64,000 bases of DNA from Octopus bimaculoides. Its lineage: Eukaryota. The position numbers were made by a program, and so were the translations under genes. Position 1 is the stretch's first letter. Each line of letters begins with the position of its first letter. Below the pieces are notes generated by a model, which worked only from the letters and a program-made list of their open reading frames with translations, made no database searches and was not told the DNA's origin. The DNA is taken from assembly GCF_001194135.2 (NCBI RefSeq), contig NC_068984.1, positions 39,684,991 through 39,748,990 on the forward strand, written 5' to 3'. Shown piece after piece: positions 12,731 through 25,146 of the stretch.

Positions 12731-13504
12731 CAATATGATATCATGCTTTGTGACGCTTATTGTTTACCTCAAATAGATCTTGTGGAAATATAAATCAGAT
12801 TTCTCGAATTTTCCGCTTTTCTTACGACCACCCTGAATATATGTGTGCACATGTATGTATGTATATGTGTGTGTGTGTTACTGTCTGACAGAACATTTCT
12901 CCTTTTCCCATCACCAATTTCACCCCTCGCTCCACCTGTTTTACGTATACTCATGTAGCAGGCCTTTATACGAATGTTTTTATCTTTCTATTATTTTTTG
13001 TCATTTCTTTTATTCAATAATTAAATTATTTTTAATATTACTATGTGCAGGTTGAAGTTTTGTGACTACGTAGGAAATCAATATTATTGTGTGCATATCA
13101 TTATCAGAATTTTTTGCTTTTATTTGTATTTATTTTTTTTTGCTCTCATTTGTTCAATTTTATTTTCATTTCTATTATTGTGTGCATAGATGCACAAGTG
13201 AGAACATACCAGCTGGTGTTAATGTTTAAGTTGCTCATGTGTATGTGTGATCCCATTTTTTTTTTATGCATGTTTGTGCTCTTCCTGTCTATATGTGTTC
13301 ATACATGCATACTGACAAGAGCACAAGCACTGATCTTGACACACTTCTTGTTAAAGTCACTGACTTAGACAAAAAGTGACATCCTTTCTCCCTTGAACTG
13401 ACCATTCCTTCCAATTCTGATCTTTCTTTTTATTCTCTCTCGAAAATTCCTTTTCCCAAATTTCCCTCTCCTTCTGCTCTTTACTTTTCACTCTCAAAGT
13501 AGCA

Positions 13505-13537
<33 letters not shown>

Positions 13538-13556
13538 CTATTTATCTATCTATCTA

Positions 13557-13597
<41 letters not shown>

Positions 13598-13615
13598 CTA
13601 TCTCTCTATCTACCT
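13505..13615. repeat. Compound (CT)n/(ATCT)n microsatellite
   Basis: Direct inspection. Confidence 0.9.
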
Positions 13616-13650
13616 AGAAGGAATTTTTCTGAAACATTAAAAACATCTCT

Positions 13651-13872
13651 TTAACCGCTTAACATTTAAACTGGCCATATCTCGCCCAAATATTCCACCT
13701 GTTATACATCCAAACTGGCCAGATCTGGCCTCTCACACCTACCCTAAAATGTCATTTTAAAAATATACAATCACATCATCAATATCTCAAAGCTACAATG
13801 CATAATCAGTTCAAAACAATTTGAATAAAGAAGCATTACATTTGACAGAATAATCTGAATGCTAAAGGACTT
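13651..13872. mobile_element. MITE, inverted copy of 8333-8560
   Basis: ttaaccgcttaacatttaaactggcc...ctgaatgctaaagg. Confidence 0.75.
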
Positions 13873-15445
13873 ATAGTATTTGAACTTAGAGTTTTCCCAA
13901 TGCAGACTAGAACCAGAGTCCCTGGATTCTGTGGGTTTTAATTTTTTTTTTTTTAACTTATATTCTTTAACATTTTGCTACTTTCAATCATTGAACTTCA
14001 GTCAAATTTTAGGGTACCACCTTCAGTGATTTTAGTCATTTATATCAATTCCAGTATTTATTCCAGTCTGATACTTAACTTATTGATCTCAGTTTTCTGC
14101 TGAACCATTAACTTGCCACACCTAAACACACACAATATAAACAACAATACCAGTTGCTAGTGTAAACAAAACACACACATACACAGCTACAAGGTTAACC
14201 TGAAATTTGAACTTGAAACCAAGTGGTTGCAAAGCAAACTTCTTAACCATATAACCATTATATATATTGTAGTCTTTATATTCTGAGCTCAAATTCCTCA
14301 TAGTTTGACTTTGCCTTTCATCCTTTCAGGGTCAATAAAATAAGTACCCCCAAAATTTCAGGCCTTGTACCTTTTGTAGAAAAGATTATATATACCGTAT
14401 TTTTTTCTATTTTTTATTTTTTAATTTTTATTCTATCCATATTACAGCAATTTTTGTTTCTGCTTATAATAAAGTTTCTAATGTGACAGTTTTGATGCAG
14501 TTTCTCATATGATTTGCTTGAATTACTCAGCATTTCATATTGCTATGTTTTATTATATGAATTCATCATAGTGATGAATAAGTTTAAGCTAATCTATATA
14601 TTACCATTTTTTTTTCATATATATTATAGTTTTCTTTTTCACTTTAAATACACTAGTAAAGAACAACCAAGTAGAAGACTATAAACTATTTTGGATGTAT
14701 TTGAAAATGTGAGGAAGTTATTATTTAAGACAGTTTTTTTCTGAAACTTGACCTGTTTTTTTTTTTAAACATGGAGCAGGTGTTTTGATAAGGTTTTTTC
14801 AATGTTTTGTTGACTTACTTTGATAATATTGTCCCATGGGCTGCCTTCAACTTCTGTACAAAAGGGCTTTTCAACCAAATGTTTACATGCTATTATCTAG
14901 TTTTATATGCTTTGAGAGCCACTCTTACAAAAAAGAAATTTTTTTTTTTTTTTTTATTGCTACACAAAAAAGGCAATTCTTATAGGGCCGAAATTAAACT
15001 GATTCAATGATCCTCAGCATTTTATCTTTTATCTTTTACTTGNNNNNNNNNNNNNNNNNNNNNNNNNNNNNNNNNNNNNNNNNNNNNNNNNNNNNNNNNN
15101 NNNNNNNNNNNNNNNNNNNNNNNNNNNNNNNNNNNNNNNNNNNNNNNNNNNNNNNNNNNNNNNNNNNNNNNNNNNNNNNNNNNNNNNNNNNNNNNNNNNN
15201 NNNNNNNNNNNNNNNNNNNNNNNNNNNNNNNNNNNNNNNNNNNNNNNNNNNNNNNNNNNNNNNNNNNNNNNNNNNNNNNNNNNNNNNNNNNNNNNNNNNN
15301 NNNNNNNNNNNNNNNNNNNNNNNNNNNNNNNNNNNNNNNNNNNNNNNNNNNNNNNNNNNNNNNNNNNNNNNNNNNNNNNNNNNNNNNNNNNNNNNNNNNN
15401 NNNNNNNNNNNNNNNNNNNNNNNNNNNNNNNNNNNNNNNNNNNNN

Positions 15446-16605
15446 TTTTGTTTGTGGCAGATGTTCAGGTGCAATAAAGACTGTAAACAAACAGGAAACA
15501 ACTTCTATCTCATTCCAAGGTGAAAAACTAGAGGTAGTCGATAGCTTCCGCTATCTGGGCGACCAAGTTAGTAGTGGGGGTGGGTGCGCTGAAAGTGTAG
15601 CTGCTAGAATAAGAATAGCCTGGGCAAAGTTTAGAGAGCTCTTACCCCTGCTGGCGACAAAGGGACTCTCACTCAGAGTAAAAGGCAGACTGTATGACGC
15701 ATGCGTACGAACAGCCATGCTACATGGCAGTGAAACATGGGCTGTAACTGCTGAGGACATACAGAAGTTCGCAAGGAATGAAGCCAGTCTGCTCCGTTGG
15801 ATGTGTAATGTCAATGTGAATACCCGTCAGAGTGTAAGTATCCTGAAAAGCTGAACAAGAGAGACGACTGCACTGGTATGGACATGTGGTGAGAATGGAT
15901 GAGGATAGCTGCATGAAAAAGTGCCACACCCTAACAGTTGAGGGAACCCGTGGAAGAGGTAGGCCCAGGAAGACCTGGGCTGAGGTGGTGAGGCAAGACC
16001 TTTGTACATTGGGCCTCACCGAGGCGATGACTACTGACCGAGACCTTTGGAAATGTGCTGTGCGTGAGAAGACCCGGCAAGCCAAGTAAGATTGTTGCCA
16101 GTGCCCCTGGACTGGCTCTTGTGCGGGTGGCACATGAGATGCACCATTTTGAGCGTGGCCATTGCCAGTACCGCCTGACTGGCTCCCGTAGGATTTTCGA
16201 GCGAGATCGTTGCCAGTGCCCCTGGACTGGCTTNNNNNNNNNNNNNNNNNNNNNNNNNNNNNNNNNNNNNNNNNNNNNNNNNNNNNNNNNNNNNNNNNNN
16301 NNNNNNNNNNNNNNNNNNNNNNNNNNNNNNNNNNNNNNNNNNNNNNNNNNNNNNNNNNNNNNNNNNNNNNNNNNNNNNNNNAAAGACACCATTTCGAGCG
16401 TGGCCGTTTTTGTGCGGGTGACACGTAAAAGCACCCACTACACTCTCTGAGTGGTTGGCGTTAGGAAGGGCATCCAGCTGTAGAAACTCTGCCAAATTAG
16501 ATTGGAGCCTGGTGTTGCCATCCGGTTTCACCAGTCCTCAGTCAAATCGTTCAACCCATGCTAGCATGGAAAGCGGACGTTAAACGATGATGATGATGAT
16601 GATGA
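15446..16605 (+). mobile_element. RTE-clade LINE 3' portion with modular 3' UTR and (GAT)n tail
   Basis: FVCGRCSG...LEVVDSFRYLGD...RIRIAWAKFRELLPLL...LHGSETW, frameshift, then GTRGRGRPRKTWAEVV...DRDLWK; ORF stop at 16089; UTR interrupted by a gap; 5' part lies in a gap. Confidence 0.93.
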
Positions 16606-16609
16606 CAAC

Positions 16610-16765
16610 AAGCTTCTTTCAATTTCTGTCTACCAAATCCATTCACAAGGTTTTGGTCAGCCCAAGGCTTTAGTAAAAGACACTTGCCCAAGGTGCTTCA
16701 TGGTGGGAATGTTCCTGGAAACATGTGGTTGGGAAGTGAACTTCATACCACACAGCTATGCTTGA
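16610..16765 (-). mobile_element. CORE-like SINE
   Basis: gacacttgcccaaggtgc (reverse CORE-like motif), abutting the RTE tail. Confidence 0.75.
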
Positions 16766-17182
16766 CAATTACTGGCATTTACTTATTTATTCTTGGAGAG
16801 TTTGAATGGTAGTGTACTTTAATAGAATTTGAATACAGAACCAAAGGACAATTAAAATAAGGTGTTTGGCATGTCCAAGATGTAGCATGGGGTGAAGTGG
16901 GTGTAAGGCATGCAGACCATACAGGGTGACTAGTTCATACGCAAGTGTTTGCTGCAAGCAAAGGTATGTTACATTTAAAGAAGTAGGCAGCCAAAAATCC
17001 ATACTACACCATGGAGCTTGTCTTGATTTTGTTTTTTATATTCTTTTAACTTTTTTTATATCAAAGCTAATTTTTAAAAATATTTTCTGTTATATTGTAT
17101 TTAACTTACAATGTTTCACAACTTCATATGCTAATTGTTAAAAAGATAACATTAATATTGGTGTGGTCTCTTTTATCCCTAG

Positions 17183-17301
17183 TTATTGTTGACCACTTAT
17201 CCAGAAAGACAGCATCATGGAGTGTCACATATTCTGTTCATTCATCTTGAAGAAATGCTATCCCATCTTACAACAGTGAATCTTTGTCAGCTTAATCTAA
17301 G
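17183..17301 (+). CDS. Candidate internal coding exon of an unidentified upstream gene (LLLTTYPERQHHGVSHILFIHLEEMLSHLTTVNLCQLNL)
   Basis: Acceptor ctcttttatccctag, donor AAG|gtaaat, 119 nt open in only one frame (phase 0 to phase 2); no homology recognised. Confidence 0.4.
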
Positions 17302-17458
17302 GTAAATTTGTTACGTCTCTGCATTTTCACAACTAAAATTTAAATTTTCTTCTGTTTCTTCTGAGAAAAAAAAAATGTTTCTTTGGAATCCTAAGCCATT
17401 TGCTTCTGGCAATTTACTTTATTTGTTATTTTTTCATTATCATTGCTGTTTTTCTTAA

Positions 17459-18507
17459 GGTAGTGAGCTGGCAGAATAGTTAGCATGCCGGGCAAAATGC
17501 TTAACGGCATTTCATCCTACTGCAAATTCTGAGTTCAAATTCCTCTGAGGTTGATTTTGCTTTTCATCCTTTCGGAGTCAATAAATTAAGTACCAGTGAA
17601 ACATTGGGGTCGATGTAATTGACTAGTCCCCTCCCCTAAAATTTCAGACCTTGTGCCTATAGTAGAAAGGATTATTATAGCTGTTTTTCTTAAGGTGGTG
17701 AGTTGGCAAAATTTTTAACATGTCAGCATTTTGTCCATCTGTAAGTTCTGAGTTCAAATTCCACTGAGATTGACTTTGCCTTTCATCTTTTTGAGGTAAA
17801 TAAAGCAAGTACCAGTTGAGGCCTGGGGTCAATGTCACTGACTTAACCTCTCCTCACAATTGAATGGCATTGTGCCAAAATTTGAAACCATTATTAAACC
17901 TGTTGTTTTTAAGGTGGTGAGCTGGCAGAATCGTTAGCATGCTAGACAAAATACAGTTTTCTTATTCTCAGTACAGTTGTAATCAAATGGAGTATCAACC
18001 AAGCAGTATGGTTTTGGTTCATTGATGAAACCAATATATTTCATTCACATTTTCATTGCCTGTGAAAGGCAATGAGCTGGCAGAAATGTTAGCACACCGG
18101 GCAAAATGCTTAGCAGTATTTCATCTGTCTTTACATTCTGAGTTCAAATTCTGCTGAAGTCGACTTTGCCTTTCATCCTTTCAGGGTCAATAAATTAAGT
18201 TCCAGTTGCATACTGGGGTCGATCTAATCGACTAGCCCCCTCCTCCAAAATTTTGAGCCTTGTGCCTTGAGTAGAAAAGAATATTAGCATTGTCTTCAAG
18301 ACGGTGAGTTGGCAGAAACATTAGCACGCCAGGTGAAATGCTTAACGGTATTTCGTCAGTCTTTATGTTCTGAGTTCAAATTCCACCGACGTCAACTTTG
18401 CCTTTCATCCTTTCAGAGTTGATAAATTAAGTACCAGTTGCATACTGGGTCGATCTAATTGACTGACCAAAAATTTCGGGCCTTGTGCTTAGAGTTAGAA
18501 AAGATTA
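17459..18507 (+). mobile_element. Cluster of five same-orientation tRNA-derived SINEs (four near full length, one head only)
   Basis: Heads ggtgagctggcagaa at ~17459, 17696, 17913, 18068 and 18299; shared body ttctgagttcaaattcc...actttgcctttcatcc. Confidence 0.9.
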
Positions 18508-18769
18508 TCATTGCCTGTGAAAAACAGCATGAATTTCTTGTAATCTTATTGCTCCTCTGCTCTCTACCTGTTGTTTGTGTCTATTGAAAAGATCAATATA
18601 GTCTTCTAGGTATTTGCATTGTTGACTCTGCTTTTCTACACAATATCAATTTTGAGAATGAAAACAAAAACTTACTGCTCAAAGTAAACTAATGTGCTGC
18701 TGTTATGTGGCTTTTTCTACTTTTACACACGTAATCACACACAGACACACACACATTTACATATGCATG

Positions 18770-18800
<31 letters not shown>

Positions 18801-19036
18801 CATCATAACTGTCATTGTTATCATCATATTCTAACATTCACTTTTCCATGTTTGCATGGGTCACATGAAATTCATTGACACAGATTTTCTACAACTGGAT
18901 GCTATTCCTGTTGCCAACTCTCACCTATGGCTGAACATATTTTCACAAAAGACTGGAAACAAAGGTCACTGCTTGTACGATGGTGAAGCTTACAACTATA
19001 TCACACAACATCAAGACAAGGAGACAAATATAGTCG

Positions 19037-19085
<49 letters not shown>

Positions 19086-21031
19086 CAACAACAACAACAA
19101 CAACCTAGCCACTAGGCCATATGCCCTCACATACACACACACACACACATGCACACATAAACAATATGTTGTTGTGCACAACATGTTACCAGTGAATTGT
19201 GAGTTCAGTTATCAGTCCTACATTAAATTCTTATATTCTCTTACAATAAAGATCCAATCATTGCCTCTGAGGAAAGGCAAATTTCAAGCCACATTACATA
19301 GTGAGAAATGCACAGGAAATGTATCTGATATTCATGTCTTTATGTCTACCATATGTTTTGGAGTTAACCTCATATCTTTAGTGTTTATTGCTAACCAACT
19401 GAAGATATGGGGTAAGCATATTAATATCAAATGTTTACTGTATTTACTTCTGCATATCATCCTAATTATCATTATCATCATCATCATCATAATTTTAACA
19501 TCTATTTATTCATGCCTTCATATGTCAGGCAGAGCTTATTGAGGCAGAATCTCTATGGCTGGATGCCCTTCCATGAGAAATATTACCTTGCTTGGAAACC
19601 AGTGAGGGTTGGTGACAAGTAGAAAGGCAGATGGGCAAGCAGATAGAGAGGCAGTCATTCCAGTACAGTCGCAGCCGTTAAGCTGGAATTAGTAAAAGAA
19701 TAAAAGAATATAAGTTAGTGTAGTAATTACTGTAAAATAGTAGCCCCTCACAAATAACAAATAAAGTATGTAAATTTACAGGAAGGTATGTGTTTGAAAA
19801 TGTAAGGATACACAAGCATTGAAGACAAGTATCTGGGCTTATGATGTGAAATATGGAATATGTGTGGTGTTCTGAGTATAATATGATAACTGGTATAGAA
19901 TGGGATCCATGCTATAAGATGCTGGCTATTGGCATCGAAACATGTAATATTGAATATACAAGAGAGCATTGTATGAAGGGTTCTAAATATATGGGTAATG
20001 GATGTTGTCAATGTTAGTTGGCTTTAGGTACCTGGCCAGACAGATGATGTTGTTTGATGGCTATTATTAGGTTTTTGAGTAGTACTTTGGCCAACACATG
20101 CAAAAAAGATTAATTCAGATTTTGAGCTCAGGTTGGATTCAGGATATAGCCAACTTCTCTGCAGTACATTAGTTGCAATGTTCATTCTGTTTTTGTAAGA
20201 GTAGTATGGTAGATGCTTTTACAGCATCTATGATACTCTGCTTCAGTTGGCATTTTGTTGGTCTTTAAGTGACCATGTCTGTTTAGACAAGCTGGCACTT
20301 GCTCTTTTGTTGCTTTTTCTGAAGACATGTAAGTAGAATTTAGATTTGAACCCTAGTATTTTGTATAGTGTTTTGTATTGTTTATATAGAGATCTAGGTT
20401 ACTTGTGTTTGTTTATGTATAGGATTTTGTCCTTGAAGCAACTTAATTTCCCTGCATCATTATAACATTGATAAATGTGATTTCATTCAAGGTCATACTA
20501 TAAAAGCATTTAATTTAAATTGAAATTTATTTAATGAATAAAATGTTAAATCTTTGATTATTTTTCTAATTTCAAATTTGGGAAAAAAATCACCCAATAT
20601 ATCTTGACCATACTTAATTGTTGCTTTATTATATATTTATTCATTTATTAAATTATTCTGTCTTGAATTGCTGCAATAAATATCACTTCATACTACTTTA
20701 TTCTGGTTTCTTCTTGCCTACATTGGCCCCATTAATTTTAATATAAAATGTCCATTTATTTAATCCTTCCCTTTCAGTTTACTATCACTTTATCATCTCC
20801 AGTCTTGAACAATTCTTTTACCATCTTAATAGCATGTGAAAGTTCATTAAACAATGTTACTTATGAATATTCACTAAAAAGTAGCATTAATTTGTAATAC
20901 ATTTGAAGAGTTGTAATAGAATAATAAAGCAAACAGTTAAAATATAATTTTAATTAGACAAGATCATATTAAAAACATACTGTGATTTTAGAATGAATTG
21001 TTTCATAGAAAATCTATTGTTTCATTTATAG

Positions 21032-21084
21032 GGGAATTACATAGTATGAATTTACCACCATATCAAACTCTTCTGCATCATTGA
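21032..21084 (+). CDS. Candidate terminal coding exon (ELHSMNLPPYQTLLHH*)
   Basis: Acceptor ctattgtttcatttatag, TGA at 21082-21084, AATAAA at 21090; short and unverified. Confidence 0.25.
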
Positions 21085-22469
21085 GTTTTAATAAATTTGT
21101 CATTAGAGCATTGTTCTGAATCCACAAAAGTATTTAGTTCACCTTCTAAGTTTTCAGCTCAGATTCTGCTGAAACTAACTGTGCTTTTCATCCTTTTAGG
21201 ATTACTAAAATAAGATACAATAATTTATTGTGGATGTATCATTAACTATAGTCCTTACTCCTAAAGTTGGCATTAAAGATGATGCTGATACATTTATATT
21301 GCACAGTTATTAGTGAAACGAAATGTTGTTCCAAAGTATTGTACAGTTGCATAAAAAGCTAAGGGTATATATTATTTTAGAATTAGTCCTTGAAAAAGAA
21401 ACATTTTAGCTAGTGATAGTGCATTCCATATTTTGAGGATATAGTGTTTCCTACATTGTTTTCTAAGAGTATCACATTTTATTAAATATGTGCGAAAACT
21501 GAAGCAGTTCCTGGAAATAGATTGGAAGAGATCAATCAACCAAGAAGGAATCAAGTACTTAATATTCATATAGATCAATACAAAATTTTTTAAACTTGTG
21601 TATGTTCTGTTACTGACAGCCAATATTGACTGCTTGATATATGGAGGGAGCGGGTATTATGATTAAAGATGTTGGCAACAATACAAGTACAACGGTTTCA
21701 AAGTTTTGTATCTTGTGCTTAAGACATTAATTTTATAACTTTATACTTCTCTAATCTTTGCTAATGGTTGTTTTTGTTTTCTGGAAATAAAGAAAGCACA
21801 TTCAATTTCAGCTTATTTCACTCAATTTTCCCAGCATCAAGTTTTAAAGAAGTGAAATGCAAATGTTACTAAACAATATTGCTCTTTGTTTAAAAATATG
21901 AAACAATATTTTCCTTTATATATCTTTCATAACTTTTTCTCATAAGAAGCAACTAATGTTTGAACAAATATTGATTATTTAATTACAAGATTAGATTTAT
22001 ATTATTATGATGGCTTTTCTTTTTTCCTTTTAGTTCTATGTAGTATTAGCTAATTCATTTCAATGACAATTGAGACATTAAAGGAAGAAATTATCTTTCA
22101 TCTTTTACCTGTTTTAAGTCATTGGATTGTGGTCATACTGGAGCACCACTTTGAAGGGTTTAGTTGAACAAATCAACCCTGTACTTATGGGCTTTCTTTT
22201 TAAGTCTGATACTTATTCTATCAGTCTCTTTTGCCAAACCACTAGTTACAAGGACTGGTATGTATGGGCAACTACTGGTCTTCCACAAACAACCTTGTCC
22301 AAACTTCTGCCTCGAAAAGGAACTTTCTAGGTGCAATCTCAAGGTCAATTGTGACTGAAGGGGATCTTTCCCCCTTTACCTTTTTATGTCATGGGGAAAT
22401 ATTACCTAGCTTAGAAACAAGTGAGACTTCATGACAATAGGAACATCCAGCCATAGAAAGTTTGTCTCA

Positions 22470-22625
22470 ATGAATTTCACCCAATCTGTGCCAGCAAATG
22501 CACTCACAAAGTATTGTTGAACCAGTGGTTGGTTTAGAAGATACTTGCCCATGGTGTTGCACAGCGGGACTGAACCAGAAACTATATGGTTGCAAAGTGA
22601 ATTTCTTAACCATTCAGCCATGTCT
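22470..22625 (-). mobile_element. CORE-like SINE
   Basis: gatacttgcccatggtg...gggactgaacc...cttaaccattcagccat (reverse head). Confidence 0.7.
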
Positions 22626-24688
22626 ATGATAATCGAGTGCCTGCACACATTCACCAACACACAGACATACATGTTCACAATCGTCAGTTGAATCAAAATA
22701 TATATATATAACACAAATACATAACATTTTGGTCATTCTTTACAGTTTCAATCAAAGGTAAGCTTTCACTATTTTACTCCAACAAACTCAATGCTAGTTG
22801 GCAAATGACAAAGTAATAGTTTGTAGCTGAAAAAAACCTATAACCTACATGACTTTTGGATCAATATTCATGCTTCTATGTATTTAGAGTAATGAAGTAG
22901 TTCAGCAGCATTTCAGGTAATTATACAGTACTCATTAGGACACTATTGCTCATGCTTTGATTGAGAGAGCCTAAACCCTTTGCCAGTCCAAAGCATTTTC
23001 ATAGGTTTTTTCCTAAATGTTCATGCTTGTTTTCACACTTTTAGCTCTTGTTTCATATGTCCTGAGTAATATAAAATTTTCCTTTCATAAGACCCAAGTT
23101 ATTCTGGTGGTTAAAAGAAATTAGGAATGTATATCATATGTGATGCATGAACACCAGAGAAAAATATCCCTGTGTATCACATGTGATATACAGGACAAGT
23201 GAAGGGTTAAATGGTTGCCTAAACAGTGTTTTCCTTTTACTCATCAGCTCAGAGACATAAGTAGAATGATTAAAGCACCAGAATGCTTACAATATTCAGT
23301 TATGAATATTTACATTCTGAGTTTGAAAGCTACTAATATCAACTTCACCTGTAATCCTTCAGTGGTCAATAGAGTAAAGTATCAGACAAATACCAAAGTT
23401 GATTTAATCTAAGATGTGAATAAAATTATAGTATGAGAAGCAGAGCTTCAGCAACTGCAGTTGACAGATTATTGAATAAAAGACTAGAAAATAAAAAAGG
23501 GAAGCTATGAGAACATGAAATCTTGAAACATTCATGGATAAAGGAACTGGAGCAAGATTTCTTGAGAAAACAGCTTAGTTGCTGAGCGTTGATATTGCAA
23601 TTGGATGTAACTAGACTTGTATAAGAAGGAATCACTTGATGAATTCATTTTTGGAAAAGATAAGCATTCTTATTATAACAGGAATTGAGAAATAACTGCC
23701 AGATCTGTAAAGGGAGACTAGATTCAATTTTGACAATCAAGCAAATGGGGGGTGGGCAGAATTACGTACTTTACCCAGGGTACAATATATAATAGTTTCA
23801 AGAATCAATATAATCCTTTCTGCTATAGGCACAAGAGTAGAAATTTTGGGGGAGGGGTTTTGTTCATTACAACAACTCCAGTATTCAACTGGTACTTATT
23901 GTATTAATACCCCCAAAAGAATAAAGGCAAAATCGACCTCAGTGAAATTTGAACTCAAATAAGAACCAATATAATATATAATAGATTAATGGATTACCTT
24001 CTTTATTATGCTATATGCAAATGATCAATTTTTCTTGATAACTGACAAGATTTTAGTTAATGCTATAGACATCTGTTGCTTATGGATTACTTAAACTGAA
24101 AATTTCCTTTTTGTATCACACACACACACACACACAAACACATATATTGTGTGCGTGCATGTGTGTGTGTGCACGCGCATGTGTTAGCAATTAGCTGTAC
24201 TAATGAACTCAATCCTTTCCAGCAGGTCTAATGAGAATGTAGAAGATAATAATGATGATGATTGGATCACCACCAGGAATATATATATATATATATAAAT
24301 TTGGTGTTTCCTACATGAATGCAAAGGCATGCAGTGGTGCCTAAAATATATAAATGAATTCAAATAATAAATCAGATTTTAATATAAATCTTTTATTTGT
24401 TTTAGAAACAACCAGAAAAGAGGGTGCATACATGCTTCATGTACTCTTCAATAATATGGCTTTCACTTTTAACATGGTTTCAGTATCAGGAATCACTCTT
24501 AATACTTACATTTTGCCTCTAATAATATTTTTTTTAATGCTAACGTTTCGTTGTTTTTACCTTGGTGTTAATTTCTCTTCAAACAGTTATGTATAAAAGA
24601 CAATGTTTTAAATAAAATTTGAAGAAATTGCATGATGTAAACTTGAGTCAAATAATTCCAAAATTTGTATCAGCTGTTATGTGCTTTG

Positions 24689-24732
<44 letters not shown>

Positions 24733-25102
24733 TGTCTGTCTGTCTGTCTGTGTGAATACACAAACACACGCACATATATTTCAAAATGTACAGTATTTAT
24801 ATCCATTTCAGCCACTCTTACAAATCAGTTTCACACTGGATATTAGGTAACTGGATATTAGATAACAAGATAGTTAACTAACACCATATGGTCTTCAGAG
24901 ATGGGAGATATGGAAAAAATATAGTGACTATTTTTAAACGACTATATGCTTATATGCTTCAACACATGAACTCACATAAAGAATCTTGCAAACCAAATCC
25001 CAAAACGATATATATGTGTGTGTGTGTATATATATATATATATGCATATGTGTGTATATATATATGTGTGTGTGTGTGTGTATGTATGTATGNNNNNNNN
25101 NN

Positions 25103-25146
<44 letters not shown>

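Noticed and set aside
13051-13110. LKFCDYVGNQYYC, reminiscent of the Rubicon-homology domain
   Set aside because: Wrong spacing, lacks the following CxxCH ligands, and runs into T-rich low-complexity sequence.
14819-14896. Minus-strand exon-like stretch IIACKHLVEKPFCTEVEGSPWDNIIK with a GTAAGT donor
   Set aside because: Poor acceptor, the + strand frame is equally open, there are no partner exons and no recognised homology.
18856-19542. 228-aa ORF
   Set aside because: Composed of a repeat tail, (CA)n, (AAC)n and (ATC)n tracts; not protein-like.
19740-20440. Possible retroelement relic on the minus strand
   Set aside because: No diagnostic motif could be read, so it is left unclassified.
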